Shown here piece after piece: positions 8,039 to 16,975 of a stretch of DNA of 31,064 nucleotides. The notes beneath the pieces were generated by a model that did no database searches, had not been told where the DNA came from, and worked only from the letters and a program-made list of their open reading frames with translations. The stretch spans positions 148,667-179,730 of the forward strand of contig CP070655.1 of assembly GCA_020354945.1 (NCBI GenBank), written 5' to 3'. A program made the position numbers and the translations under genes. The DNA is from Candidatus Omnitrophota bacterium. Its GTDB lineage: Bacteria > Omnitrophota > Gorgyraeia > JABMRG01 > JAFGKX01. Each line of letters starts with the position of its first letter. Position 1 is the first letter of the stretch.

Positions 8039-9658
8039 ATGCTTATACATAGAAAGATAAAATTGTTTTTCTTAGAACATTGGGTAAAGGTCTTAATAAT
8101 TGCAGCTGTAGTCATTCTTTTGGTAACGGCTGTTTATGGCTTGAGCACATTAGAATCATTTTACAGACACATGACCCTTGCCACCTTGCCCCTTCAATTT
8201 CTTATGGTAGCTCTGAATGCGATGATATTCGTTTACATGTATATGACTGTATTCAGGGGTGGTTTTGCAAAAATGACTAAAAAGGCAATCAGGGGCGAGA
8301 AAGTAAATATCCGTTTTTCAGATGTGATAGGGATAGACGAGGCCAAAAAAGAGGCATGGGAAGTTGTGGAATTGGTAAAAGACAGAAGGCGGCTTCAGCA
8401 AATAGGCGGAAAGGTAATAAGAGGGATTATGATGCTGGGCCCGCCCGGTTGTGGAAAGACCTATTTAGCCAAAGCCATAGCAACAGAATCAGGCATCCCT
8501 TTTATATCTATGTCAGCCAGCGAATTTACAGAAATCTTTGTAGGGGTAGGGGCAAGCAGAATGAGAAAACTTTTTAAAAAGGCCAGGCGCCTGGCAAATG
8601 CCCATGGTGGCTGTATTATATTCATAGACGAGCTTGATGCTATAGGAAGAAGGCGCTCTTTTAGTTATTTAGGCGGGGGGATGGAGACAAATACTACTCA
8701 AAATGCGCTTCTTGTCGAGATGGACGGCTTAAAAGAAAAGGAAGAAAATGTCATCATTATAGGAGCGAGTAATGCTGCAGAGCTTACCCTTGATCCTGCG
8801 CTGCTAAGACCGGGAAGGTTTGATAGAAAGGTTTATATAGACATGCCTAATGTGGAAGGTAGAAAAAACTTGTTTAAATATTATCTTGGCAAGGTAAAAT
8901 ACGATAAGTCAATAGATATTGGCAGGTTTGCCAGGAAGACCGTTCATAGGTCTCCTGCCGATATTATGAATATAGTAAAAGAGTCAGCGTTGATAGCTAC
9001 CCGGAACAAAAAGACAGAAGTAAGTCAGAAGGAATTGAGCGAAGCAATAGAAAGGATAGACTTGGGTATAAAACATGACAGGAAGATGACTAAGCACGAA
9101 AGAGAGATGACTGCCTTTCATGAGTCAGGCCACCTGGTGATGCTTTATCTTATTCATCCGACAGATGATGTGTTTAAGGCCTCAATAATATCCAGAGGTC
9201 CTGCCTTAGGCATAGTTTATCATCAGCCAAGAGAAGAACTTTATACCCATAGTAAAGTTAAACTCCTTGCAGATATCAAAGTAAATCTCGGCGGCTATAC
9301 GGCCGAAAGAATAAAATTTGGCACGACTTCAAGCGGAGTAGCTAGCGATTTTCAGGCAGCAATGAATTTAGCCCATATGATGGTATGGAAATTAGGAATG
9401 GGCGCCTCCAGCCTTGTGGGTGATTATACAGCCGTTCCGAAGGAGCAGCTTTCAGAAGAAGTAAAGCAAAAGTTAAACGATGAAACTCAGACAATCCTGC
9501 AGAGTTGTTGTAAGGAAGTAGAAGAGGTGCTTAAAAAAGAATGGAAGATAGTTGAACGATTTACAAAAGAGCTTTTGGAGAAAAAAGAATTGGAATATGA
9601 CGAAATAGAGGCAATATTTAAAGAATACGGTAAAAAACACATCAAGGATGAAGCTTAA
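8039..9658 (+). CDS. ftsH: FtsH-like AAA+ zinc metalloprotease with minimal periplasmic loop
   Basis: Two adjacent TM segments; GPPGCGKT, FVG pore, IFIDE, PALLRPGRFDR, HESGH; AAGGAG RBS before ATG 8039. Confidence 0.88.
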   Translation: MLIHRKIKLFFLEHWVKVLIIAAVVILLVTAVYGLSTLESFYRHMTLATLPLQFLMVALNAMIFVYMYMTVFRGGFAKMTKKAIRGEKVNIRFSDVIGIDEAKKEAWEVVELVKDRRRLQQIGGKVIRGIMMLGPPGCGKTYLAKAIATESGIPFISMSASEFTEIFVGVGASRMRKLFKKARRLANAHGGCIIFIDELDAIGRRRSFSYLGGGMETNTTQNALLVEMDGLKEKEENVIIIGASNAAELTLDPALLRPGRFDRKVYIDMPNVEGRKNLFKYYLGKVKYDKSIDIGRFARKTVHRSPADIMNIVKESALIATRNKKTEVSQKELSEAIERIDLGIKHDRKMTKHEREMTAFHESGHLVMLYLIHPTDDVFKASIISRGPALGIVYHQPREELYTHSKVKLLADIKVNLGGYTAERIKFGTTSSGVASDFQAAMNLAHMMVWKLGMGASSLVGDYTAVPKEQLSEEVKQKLNDETQTILQSCCKEVEEVLKKEWKIVERFTKELLEKKELEYDEIEAIFKEYGKKHIKDEA

Positions 9659-10520
9659 TAAATCCCTCCTTTACGCTATCACACTCTCTCTTTTTGTTTT
9701 TGCAACATTGCAGCAAGGGTGCACTCCAACTTATCCCACTCAAGCGGATATGATAGAAGGCGTAAAACGTCTCTGCAAGGATGAATACGGAACCGAGGTA
9801 AAGGCAAAGATATCAGGCAAAACTATAGGGGTATATATGCCGATTAAAGGACTTTTTAATCTAAAAAATATGCAGCTTTCTAAGAAAGCTCTGGAGAAAG
9901 TTGACGGAGTTATGCTGAGTGTTTCAAGGGTAGCGTTAAGCGGAAGCAAAGAAATAGATTTTTATACAGTGGTGACTGCAGATGAGGATGTCCCGGGGGC
10001 AGAGGTAATCCTGACAAGGTACGTTATGGATTTACGCAGATTTTACTTTAGAGATATATCCCGGGGTGAATTCGCTAAACGGATGGTAGTAGATGTCAGA
10101 TTTAATCCCCAGGCGATAATCGATAGATGGACCGGCGAATTTACCGTTGATGAAGTAAAATTGGAAGATTTTATCTGCCAGCAGGCATCCCGCATGATAA
10201 CAGATGAATTTGGCACAAATGGCGATTTGGTCGGTAAGTTTAAAGTCGCCGAGTGTATAGGCAGACTTCAAAATAGGATTTTTGTATTCAATGTAGATAT
10301 TGCCAGAGAGGGCCTGCCGATGAGCGAACTTATCCATGGGAAAGGCTGGCATAAAGATGTATTGCTTATCTGCGGCAAAATTATATCCCACGTTATATGG
10401 GCATATAGCTATAAGGATTTTGATAGAATCTCGATAGCCAATAAGTTTGATAATAAGATATTGGAGATAGAAAAAAAGGATATAAATCGTTATAGGAAAA
10501 GGAAGATCAAAATGGAATAA
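9648..10520 (+). CDS. Hypothetical lipoprotein
   Basis: Signal peptide ending LQQGC (lipobox-like); overlaps the ftsH end by 11 nt. Confidence 0.7.
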   Translation: MKLNKSLLYAITLSLFVFATLQQGCTPTYPTQADMIEGVKRLCKDEYGTEVKAKISGKTIGVYMPIKGLFNLKNMQLSKKALEKVDGVMLSVSRVALSGSKEIDFYTVVTADEDVPGAEVILTRYVMDLRRFYFRDISRGEFAKRMVVDVRFNPQAIIDRWTGEFTVDEVKLEDFICQQASRMITDEFGTNGDLVGKFKVAECIGRLQNRIFVFNVDIAREGLPMSELIHGKGWHKDVLLICGKIISHVIWAYSYKDFDRISIANKFDNKILEIEKKDINRYRKRKIKME

Positions 10521-10539
10521 ACATCTTAAAACAAGGAGA

Positions 10540-11532
10540 ATGCAATTGGGCAAGAACAAGCAAGGGGAAAGTACGTGGAAAGCTACCAGAGACGGATATG
10601 GTAAAGGCCTGGTTGAATTGGGAGAAAAGAACAAGGATGTATTAGTATTAACTGCTGACCTGACTGTTTCAACCCGGGCAAATTGGTTTCAAGAAAAGTT
10701 CCCGGAGAGGCTTTTTACCTTCGGAGTGGCTGAACAGGATATGATTTCAACCGCAGCAGGTTTTGCTCTTTCAGGCAAGATACCTTTCTGTTGCAGCTTT
10801 GGAGTATTTGCCTCCGGAAGGGCCTGGGAGCAAGTGCGAACATCAGTTGCTTATATGAATTTAAATATAAACATAGGAGGAACCCACGGCGGAATATCAG
10901 TAGGCCCCGATGGAGCTACTCATCAGGCCTTAGAAGAGATAACCCTTATGAGGGTGCTGCCAAATATGACTGTGATAGTACCCTGCGATACTGTAGAGGC
11001 CAGGAAAGCAACGATAAACTCTGCTTCTATTTCAGGGCCTGTTTATCTTAGACTTAGCAGAGAGAAATTGCCTATCATTACGAAAGAGCAAGAACCATTT
11101 ACGATTGGTAAGGCGAATGTCTTAAAAAAGGGCAAAGATGTGACTATAATTGCATGCGGCATTATGGTATATCAGTCATTGTTTGCTGGCGAGTTGTTAA
11201 AGAAAAAGGGCATAGATGCTACTATAATAAATTTACACACAATAAAACCTATAGATATTGAAACAATCCTAAAGTCGGCATCGCAAACCAAAGCCGTGGT
11301 TACTTGCGAGGAGCACTTAATTGCAGGCGGTGTGGGTTCGGCTATAGCAGAATCACTGGCTGTAACATTACCTGTTCCAATCGAGATGGTAGGGGTAAGG
11401 AACAGGTTCGGTGAATCGGGCGACCCGTGGGTACTTATGAAAGAATTTCACCTTATGCCAGAAGATATCGTTGCAGCATGTGAGAGGGTTATTGCAAGGA
11501 AAAAGAAAGGTAAAGATAAGGAACGTTTCTGA
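10540..11532 (+). CDS. Transketolase, C-terminal (pyrimidine-binding) subunit
   Basis: ATRDGYG, GVAEQDM, GPDGATHQ, GPVYLRL, TIKPID, EEH...GG.G. Confidence 0.95.
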   Translation: MQLGKNKQGESTWKATRDGYGKGLVELGEKNKDVLVLTADLTVSTRANWFQEKFPERLFTFGVAEQDMISTAAGFALSGKIPFCCSFGVFASGRAWEQVRTSVAYMNLNINIGGTHGGISVGPDGATHQALEEITLMRVLPNMTVIVPCDTVEARKATINSASISGPVYLRLSREKLPIITKEQEPFTIGKANVLKKGKDVTIIACGIMVYQSLFAGELLKKKGIDATIINLHTIKPIDIETILKSASQTKAVVTCEEHLIAGGVGSAIAESLAVTLPVPIEMVGVRNRFGESGDPWVLMKEFHLMPEDIVAACERVIARKKKGKDKERF

Positions 11533-11547
11533 AACGCCCCCAAGACG

Positions 11548-12522
11548 ATGCAATCTACCATTATAAAAGCGCCTGCCAAGGTCAATCTTTATTTAGACGT
11601 TATTAATAAACGAGGCGATGGTTATCATAATATAGAAACTATATTTGAAAAAATAGACTTATGTGATTGGATAAAGGTATCTGTTATACCAAGGGGCATA
11701 AAACTCGCATGCGAAGTGCCCGAAGGGTGCAAGAATAGCACTCTATTAGATAACGTAAATAATACCGCTTATAGAGCAGCCAAACTTTTATGCGAAAGAT
11801 ATAATCTAAGGTGTGGTTTTAAAATCGAGCTCGATAAACGCATACCAATAGCTTCCGGCCTCGGAGGAGGCTCATCAGACGCTGCGGCCGTACTTTTATC
11901 CATATGTAATTTATTAAATATTAAAATAGAAAAACAGGCCCTATTAAAATTAGCTGCGGAAATAGGCGCAGATGTGCCGTTTTTTGTTTCGGGATATAAC
12001 AGAGCCTTTGCTACAGGGATAGGGGAGCAATTGCACCCTTTAAAACAAAACCAAAATATGTATTTTCTATTAGTTGTGCCGGATATAAAGATATCTACGA
12101 AATCTGTCTACGCGCCATTGCGAGCCCCGAATGAGCGAAGCAATCCCAAAAACAGTGGATTGCTTCGTCAGGGCCAGACCTTTGGCCTTCCTTGCAATGA
12201 CGGTGGTTATATCCCCGCCAATTTGAACTTGACAAAGAAAAGACGCGATGTTAGTATATTGTGTCATAATTTAGAAAACTTGGCTGTTTATAACATCAAA
12301 GACGTATTGTTTAATAAGCTGGAGGAAGTGATTTTGCCTTCATACCCTGTGTTGCATGATATAAAGAAGGCATTAAAGAAAACAGGGGCTGAAGGTATTA
12401 TTGTCTCTGGCAGCGGCTCGGCTGTTTATGGGGTATTTCAAAGCAGAAAGGAGGCGATGAGGGCAGAGAGCAAACTGATAAAAAAAGGGAATTGGCAACT
12501 TTTTTTAGCCAGGAATTGTTAG
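11548..12522 (+). CDS. ispE: 4-(cytidine 5'-diphospho)-2-C-methyl-D-erythritol kinase carrying a ~30-aa palindrome-derived insert
   Basis: APAKVNLYL, KRIPIASGLGGGSSDAA, GADVPFF, SGSGS. Confidence 0.95.
   Translation: MQSTIIKAPAKVNLYLDVINKRGDGYHNIETIFEKIDLCDWIKVSVIPRGIKLACEVPEGCKNSTLLDNVNNTAYRAAKLLCERYNLRCGFKIELDKRIPIASGLGGGSSDAAAVLLSICNLLNIKIEKQALLKLAAEIGADVPFFVSGYNRAFATGIGEQLHPLKQNQNMYFLLVVPDIKISTKSVYAPLRAPNERSNPKNSGLLRQGQTFGLPCNDGGYIPANLNLTKKRRDVSILCHNLENLAVYNIKDVLFNKLEEVILPSYPVLHDIKKALKKTGAEGIIVSGSGSAVYGVFQSRKEAMRAESKLIKKGNWQLFLARNC
12113..12202. mobile_element. 90-bp palindromic element (GTCATTGCGAG/CGAAGCAATC type) inserted in frame in ispE
   Basis: Outer arms CGCCATTGCGAG/CTTGCAATGACG (10/12); inner perfect CGAAGCAATCC/GGATTGCTTCG. 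Confidence 0.8.
12229..12257 (+). promoter_or_regulatory. Internal sigma70 promoter inside ispE
   Basis: TTGACA 12229-12234, 17 bp, TAGTAT 12252-12257, preceded by extended TG at 12249-12250. Confidence 0.55.
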
Positions 12523-12602
12523 GGAGTAGAGATCGCTGTGGTATTTTAAGAGTTTTCTAGCGACCTCAAAAACAACTATGATAAAAAGGAGTAAAGCTCA
12601 AT

Positions 12603-13055
12603 ATGGAAATTACAGAGGTAAAGATTTTTTTGAAAGAGTCTGAGGACAAGAAACTGAAAGCTTTTGCAACAATGACTTTTGACGATGCATTCGTAGTAAG
12701 GAATGTAAAAGTCATTAATGGAAACAAAGGTCTTTTTGTTGCCATGCCTTCACGCAGAATGAGACAATCCTGCCCTAAATGCGGATTTAAAAATGCTATG
12801 AGGAGCAGATTTTGCAATCAGTGCGGAGCAGCTATGGAACCTCCTTTACCGCCTGCCGAAGGTGAAATCGGCGAAAGGTCAGTTCGCCAATCAGAGCACA
12901 GGGACATTGCTCATCCTATAAACTCTGAATTTAGAGATTACATCCAGAAGAGGGTTATAGAGGCTTACGAGAAAGAAAAATCAGAAGCAGTTGCTGAAAG
13001 GAAGAGCCCGCATAGAGAGTCAGCACCGCCACACGAGACAGAGGACATAGAATAG
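12603..13055 (+). CDS. spoVG: SpoVG family nucleic-acid-binding protein with zinc-ribbon insertion
   Basis: MEITEVKI, GLFVAMPS, DIAHPIN; CPKC...CNQC insert. Confidence 0.92.
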   Translation: MEITEVKIFLKESEDKKLKAFATMTFDDAFVVRNVKVINGNKGLFVAMPSRRMRQSCPKCGFKNAMRSRFCNQCGAAMEPPLPPAEGEIGERSVRQSEHRDIAHPINSEFRDYIQKRVIEAYEKEKSEAVAERKSPHRESAPPHETEDIE

Positions 13056-13093
13056 CAGCAATCACAACATATAAGAATGTAGCGATCAGATGA

Positions 13094-13205
13094 TAAATCC
13101 AAAATCCAAATATTACAAAATCCAAAATAAATCCAAAATCCCAAATCCAAATTTTGGGATTTGGAAATTGGGATTTATTTGATAGTATTGGGATTTGGGA
13201 TTTAT
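13094..13205. repeat. Head-to-head heptamer array (AAATCCA / TTGGGAT) before tRNA-Gln
   Basis: About six AAATCC(A/C) units then about five TTGG(G/A)AT-like units; central imperfect palindrome 13125-13180. Confidence 0.9.
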
Positions 13206-13208
13206 TTT

Positions 13209-13282
13209 TGGGGGGTTGTGTAACGGTAGCACTCGAGCTTTTGGAGCTCGTAGTCCTGGTTCGAATCCAGGCCTCCCAGCCA
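13209..13282 (+). tRNA. tRNA-Gln (TTG)
   Basis: Acceptor TGGGGGG/CCTCCCA, anticodon arm CGAGC-TTTTGGA-GCTCG, T arm CCTGG-TTCGAAT-CCAGG, encoded CCA. Confidence 0.97.
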
Positions 13283-13331
13283 AAATGCTGGAGGCAGTTT
13301 CGAAAGGAGATTTAGCTTCGGGAGAAAAACC

Positions 13332-14573
13332 ATGCAGAAATGTTCATTTTGCTCAAGAGATAAGGCCAAGGTTAATAAACTTTTTAGCGGGCCTGGCGTG
13401 TATATATGTGATTACTGTGTAAAGTTATGTAAGCAGATTTTAGAAAAAGAGCAACAACAGCCTAAAAGGCTTAAGCCATTTCTGTTAAAAGAACTCCCAA
13501 AGCCGGTTGCTATTAAGAAGAAGTTAGACGAATATGTAATAGGACAGGAGAGGGCCAAAAGACAGCTTTCGGTAGCTGTATATAATCACTACAAAAGGAT
13601 TACATCCAAAGCAGCTCCTTCTGGTTTAGATGATGTTGAGCTGGAAAAAGCCAATATTCTTCTGATAGGGCCAACCGGCAGTGGCAAGACATTGCTGGCA
13701 AGGACCCTTGCCAGAATACTAAAGGTACCGTTTGCCATCTGTGATGCTACCCCCCTTACTGAGGCCGGTTATGTAGGAGAGGATGTAGAGAATGTCCTTT
13801 TAAGACTCCTGCAAAGTTGCGACTATGATGCAAATAAAGCTCGCTACGGTATAGTTTATATCGATGAGATAGACAAGATAGGAAAAACCCAGGAAAATGT
13901 CTCAATTACCAGGGATGTTTCCGGAGAGGGGGTTCAACAGGCGTTATTAAAAATATTAGAAGGCACAGTTGCCAATGTCCCACCAAAAGGCGGCAGGAAA
14001 CACCCCCATGAAGAATACATAAAGCTGGACACAACTAATATATTGTTTATATGCGGGGGCACATTTAGCGGTTTGGATAACATTATAAAAAAAAGAACAG
14101 GGAAACAATCTATAGGATTTCATACTACTTTAAAGGCCAATAGGCAGATAGAGCTCGGAGAGATTTTAAGTCAAATAGAGCCGGAGGATCTTTTAAAATA
14201 CGGTATGATACCGGAATTTATCGGCAGGTTTTCTACCATTTCTACACTTTGCCCGCTTGATGAAGACGATTTAGTTAAAATCTTGACCGAACCCAAGAAC
14301 GCCTTGGCAAAGCAGTATAAGAAATTTTTTGATATGGAAGGAGTAGAGTTAAAATTTGATAAAGGAGCCCTAAAAGAGATAGCCAAAAAGGCCGCAAAGA
14401 AGCAAACCGGCGCAAGGGGTTTGCGTTCGATCCTTGAAGAGATTATGCTGGAGATAATGTATGATTTACCATCCCATAGCAATGTGGCCGGTTGTGTTAT
14501 CGATAAAGAATGCATTATCAACAAGAATAAACCAGACCTGATATATAAAAGAGCCGGCAAGAAAGTAGCATGA
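13332..14573 (+). CDS. clpX: ATP-dependent Clp protease ATP-binding subunit ClpX
   Basis: C4 zinc finger, [33 protein letters not shown] loop. Confidence 0.97.
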   Translation: MQKCSFCSRDKAKVNKLFSGPGVYICDYCVKLCKQILEKEQQQPKRLKPFLLKELPKPVAIKKKLDEYVIGQERAKRQLSVAVYNHYKRITSKAAPSGLDDVELEKANILLIGPTGSGKTLLARTLARILKVPFAICDATPLTEAGYVGEDVENVLLRLLQSCDYDANKARYGIVYIDEIDKIGKTQENVSITRDVSGEGVQQALLKILEGTVANVPPKGGRKHPHEEYIKLDTTNILFICGGTFSGLDNIIKKRTGKQSIGFHTTLKANRQIELGEILSQIEPEDLLKYGMIPEFIGRFSTISTLCPLDEDDLVKILTEPKNALAKQYKKFFDMEGVELKFDKGALKEIAKKAAKKQTGARGLRSILEEIMLEIMYDLPSHSNVAGCVIDKECIINKNKPDLIYKRAGKKVA

Positions 14574-15862
14574 AAACTACGAGATACGAGATACGAGATA
14601 GGAGATACGAAAATATAAGATGTGTAATCCTTGCTGCCGGATTAGGCACCAGGATGAATACCAACCTGCCTAAAGCTTTGCACAAGATAGGCAATGAAAT
14701 GATGTTAGAGCGGTTGATAGAGACTGTAAAGTCATCGGGTATAAGCCACATAGTAGTGGTGGTTGGCTATGGCTCAGAGCAAGTTGAGGATATTCTAAAA
14801 AAATATAACATAAACACGATTAGACAAAATAAACTGTTGGGTTCAGCCGACGCAGTAAAAGCGGCAAAGAGATATTTTACGAAATTTACCGGTAGCCTTT
14901 TAGTTTTATATACAGATACACCATTGATTAGGAAGGCCACCCTTAAAGGACTTATAAATAGACATAGGCGTTCAGGTGCTGCATGTACCTTGCTTGCTGC
15001 AGATGTTAATAGCCCTACAGGATATGGCAGAGTCATCCGTGATTCCTCCGGGGACATTGTCAAAATTGTAGAAGAGAAAGATGCGACAGTCCACGAGAAA
15101 GATATGACCCAGATTAATGTAGGGGCATATTGTTTTAAAAGGAAAGAGCTTTTTGATGTCTTGGCAAGGATAAAAAAGAATCCCAAAAAGGGAGAGTTTT
15201 ACCTTACAGATATAATAAAGCATTTTAGAGATAGAGGCATGCCGATAAGCAGTTATGATAAATGTTCCGAAGAAGAGGCATTGGGAATAAATTCACGAGA
15301 GGATTTAAGCGCTGCCGAGAAAATCATAAGGATGAGAAAAATAAAACAGCTTATGGAAGGAGGAGTCACCTTTATAGATCCGGAGACAGCATACATAGAT
15401 AAAAAGGTGAAGATAGCTAAAGATACTGTCGTTTATCCTTCAGTCGTTATACAAGGAGAAGTTATAATAGGAAAAAATTGCCGTATTGGTCCGTTTGCTA
15501 AGATAAGAGGAAAGACAGAGATAGATAGAAATTGCGTTATTGGAAATTTTGTTGAGGTTGTTCGTTCTAAAATAGGCGAAAATACCAAGGTAAAGCATCA
15601 TGTTTATTTAGGAGATGCCTATGTAGGCAATGATGTAAACATAGGAGCAGGCGCAATTACTGCTAATTATGACGGTAAAAGAAAAAACAGAACCACCATT
15701 AAAAGTCGAGCATTTATAGGAGTGGGCGCTATTCTTATCGCCCCGGTCAAAATAGGTGAGCAAGCAGTGGTAGGAGCCGGTAGCGTAGTTACTAAAAATA
15801 AAGATGTGCCGGATAAAGCAACAGTAATCGGCGTGCCCGCAAGGGTATTGAGAAAAAAATAG
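14570..15862 (+). CDS. glmU: Bifunctional N-acetylglucosamine-1-phosphate uridyltransferase/acetyltransferase
   Basis: ILAAG.GTRM...PK, GYGR, EFYLTD, hexapeptide repeats, NYDG; ATGA overlap with clpX. Confidence 0.95.
   Translation: MKTTRYEIRDRRYENIRCVILAAGLGTRMNTNLPKALHKIGNEMMLERLIETVKSSGISHIVVVVGYGSEQVEDILKKYNINTIRQNKLLGSADAVKAAKRYFTKFTGSLLVLYTDTPLIRKATLKGLINRHRRSGAACTLLAADVNSPTGYGRVIRDSSGDIVKIVEEKDATVHEKDMTQINVGAYCFKRKELFDVLARIKKNPKKGEFYLTDIIKHFRDRGMPISSYDKCSEEEALGINSREDLSAAEKIIRMRKIKQLMEGGVTFIDPETAYIDKKVKIAKDTVVYPSVVIQGEVIIGKNCRIGPFAKIRGKTEIDRNCVIGNFVEVVRSKIGENTKVKHHVYLGDAYVGNDVNIGAGAITANYDGKRKNRTTIKSRAFIGVGAILIAPVKIGEQAVVGAGSVVTKNKDVPDKATVIGVPARVLRKK
14580..14614 (+). repeat. Heptamer array (CGAGATA) inside the glmU 5' end
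   Basis: CGAGATA x3, GGAGATA, CGAAAAT. Confidence 0.85.
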
Positions 15863-15868
15863 AACACA

Positions 15869-15947
15869 GCACTTAACTGCCTGCCGGCAGACAGGTAAGT
15901 GCGTGGAATATTCAAAACGGATGCCCCACAGGCAGGTGTGCGGGGCA
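15869..15947. repeat. GCACTTA/TAAGTGC palindrome split by a 20-bp element, plus TGCCCCACA/TGCGGGGCA hairpin
   Basis: GCACTTA[ACTGCCTGCCGGCAGACAGG]TAAGTGC at 15869-15902; second hairpin at 15922-15947. Confidence 0.8.
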
Positions 15948-15966
15948 AAGAAAGGGACCTAACAAA

Positions 15967-16908
15967 ATGACCGAAGATAAGCTTAAAGTTTTTACAGGTA
16001 ATACGAATATTAAATTGGCAAAGGATATATGTAAATATCTAAATATAAAATTAGGAAAGGCACAAGTTTTAGAATTTAGCGACGGAGAAATAAGAGTCAA
16101 GATAAAAGAAAATGTTCGAGGGCAGGATGTGTTTGTAATTCAACCAACATCTGCGCCGGTTAATAAGAGTTTAATGGAGCTGCTTATAATAATAGATGCT
16201 TTAAAAAGGGCCTCTGCCGATAGAATTACCGCAGTTATACCATATTATGGTTATGCCAGACAGGATAGAAAGGACCAGCCAAGAGTTCCCATCACCGCCA
16301 AGCTGGTAGCCAATCTGATAACAAATGCCGGCACAGACAGGGTCCTTACAGTGGATCTCCATGCCGGACAGATACAGGGATTTTTTGATATACCCCTGGA
16401 TAATTTATATGCAGTTAAGCTATTTGTCGATTATTTTAAAAAGAAGAAACTTAAAAACCTTGTGGTCGTCTCTCCGGATGTAGGCGGGATAAAGATGGCC
16501 AGAGCCTATTCTAAGAAGATGAAAGCGGGTCTTTCAATTGTGGATAAAAGAAGAAAAAACGATTCTGAATCGGAAGTTATGAATATACTCGGTGATGTAA
16601 AAGATAAAAATGTCGTTATAATAGATGATATAGTGGCAACCGCAGGCTCTTTGGTAGAGGCAGCAGCAGCAGTAAAAAAAGCAGGGGCTAGGCGGGTAAT
16701 GGCTGCTGTAACCCATCCGGTGCTATGCGGACCGGCAATCACAAGAATAAACGAGTCTTGCGTAGAAAAGCTGGTTGTAACCGATACCATACCTATACCC
16801 AGCGAAAAAAAGATTAACAAAATAAAGATACATTCCATGGCCCCGCTTTTAGGAGAAGCAATACGCAGGATACATAGCGGTAGATCAGTAAGCGCTTTGT
16901 TTAAGTAG
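15967..16908 (+). CDS. prs: Ribose-phosphate pyrophosphokinase
   Basis: FSDGE, PYYGYARQDRK, DLHAGQIQGFF, SPDVGG, IIDDIVATAGS. Confidence 0.98.
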   Translation: MTEDKLKVFTGNTNIKLAKDICKYLNIKLGKAQVLEFSDGEIRVKIKENVRGQDVFVIQPTSAPVNKSLMELLIIIDALKRASADRITAVIPYYGYARQDRKDQPRVPITAKLVANLITNAGTDRVLTVDLHAGQIQGFFDIPLDNLYAVKLFVDYFKKKKLKNLVVVSPDVGGIKMARAYSKKMKAGLSIVDKRRKNDSESEVMNILGDVKDKNVVIIDDIVATAGSLVEAAAAVKKAGARRVMAAVTHPVLCGPAITRINESCVEKLVVTDTIPIPSEKKINKIKIHSMAPLLGEAIRRIHSGRSVSALFK

Positions 16909-16918
16909 AGTTTTTAGG

Positions 16919-16968
16919 GGGCGCCAGACACTATGTTCGCTATAAAGAGTTCCCAGTGCCTGACACCC
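16919..16968. repeat. REP-like imperfect inverted repeat between prs and rplY
   Basis: GGGCGCCAGACACT / AGTGCCTGACACCC, 11/14, all three mismatches become G.T wobbles on the minus strand. Confidence 0.65.
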
Positions 16969-16975
16969 ACGAATC

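Noticed and set aside
12529-12567. GAGATCGCT/AGCGACCTC inverted repeat after ispE
   Set aside because: Only 8/9 bp with a long loop; it may belong to the element set but cannot be distinguished from chance.
13094-13205. Possible CRISPR array (also considered for 17719-17786 and 18652-18751)
   Set aside because: Units are 7-10 bp in tandem with no unique spacers, and there are no cas genes in the window.
13195-13422. 75-aa ORF
   Set aside because: Reads through tRNA-Gln and overlaps clpX out of frame.
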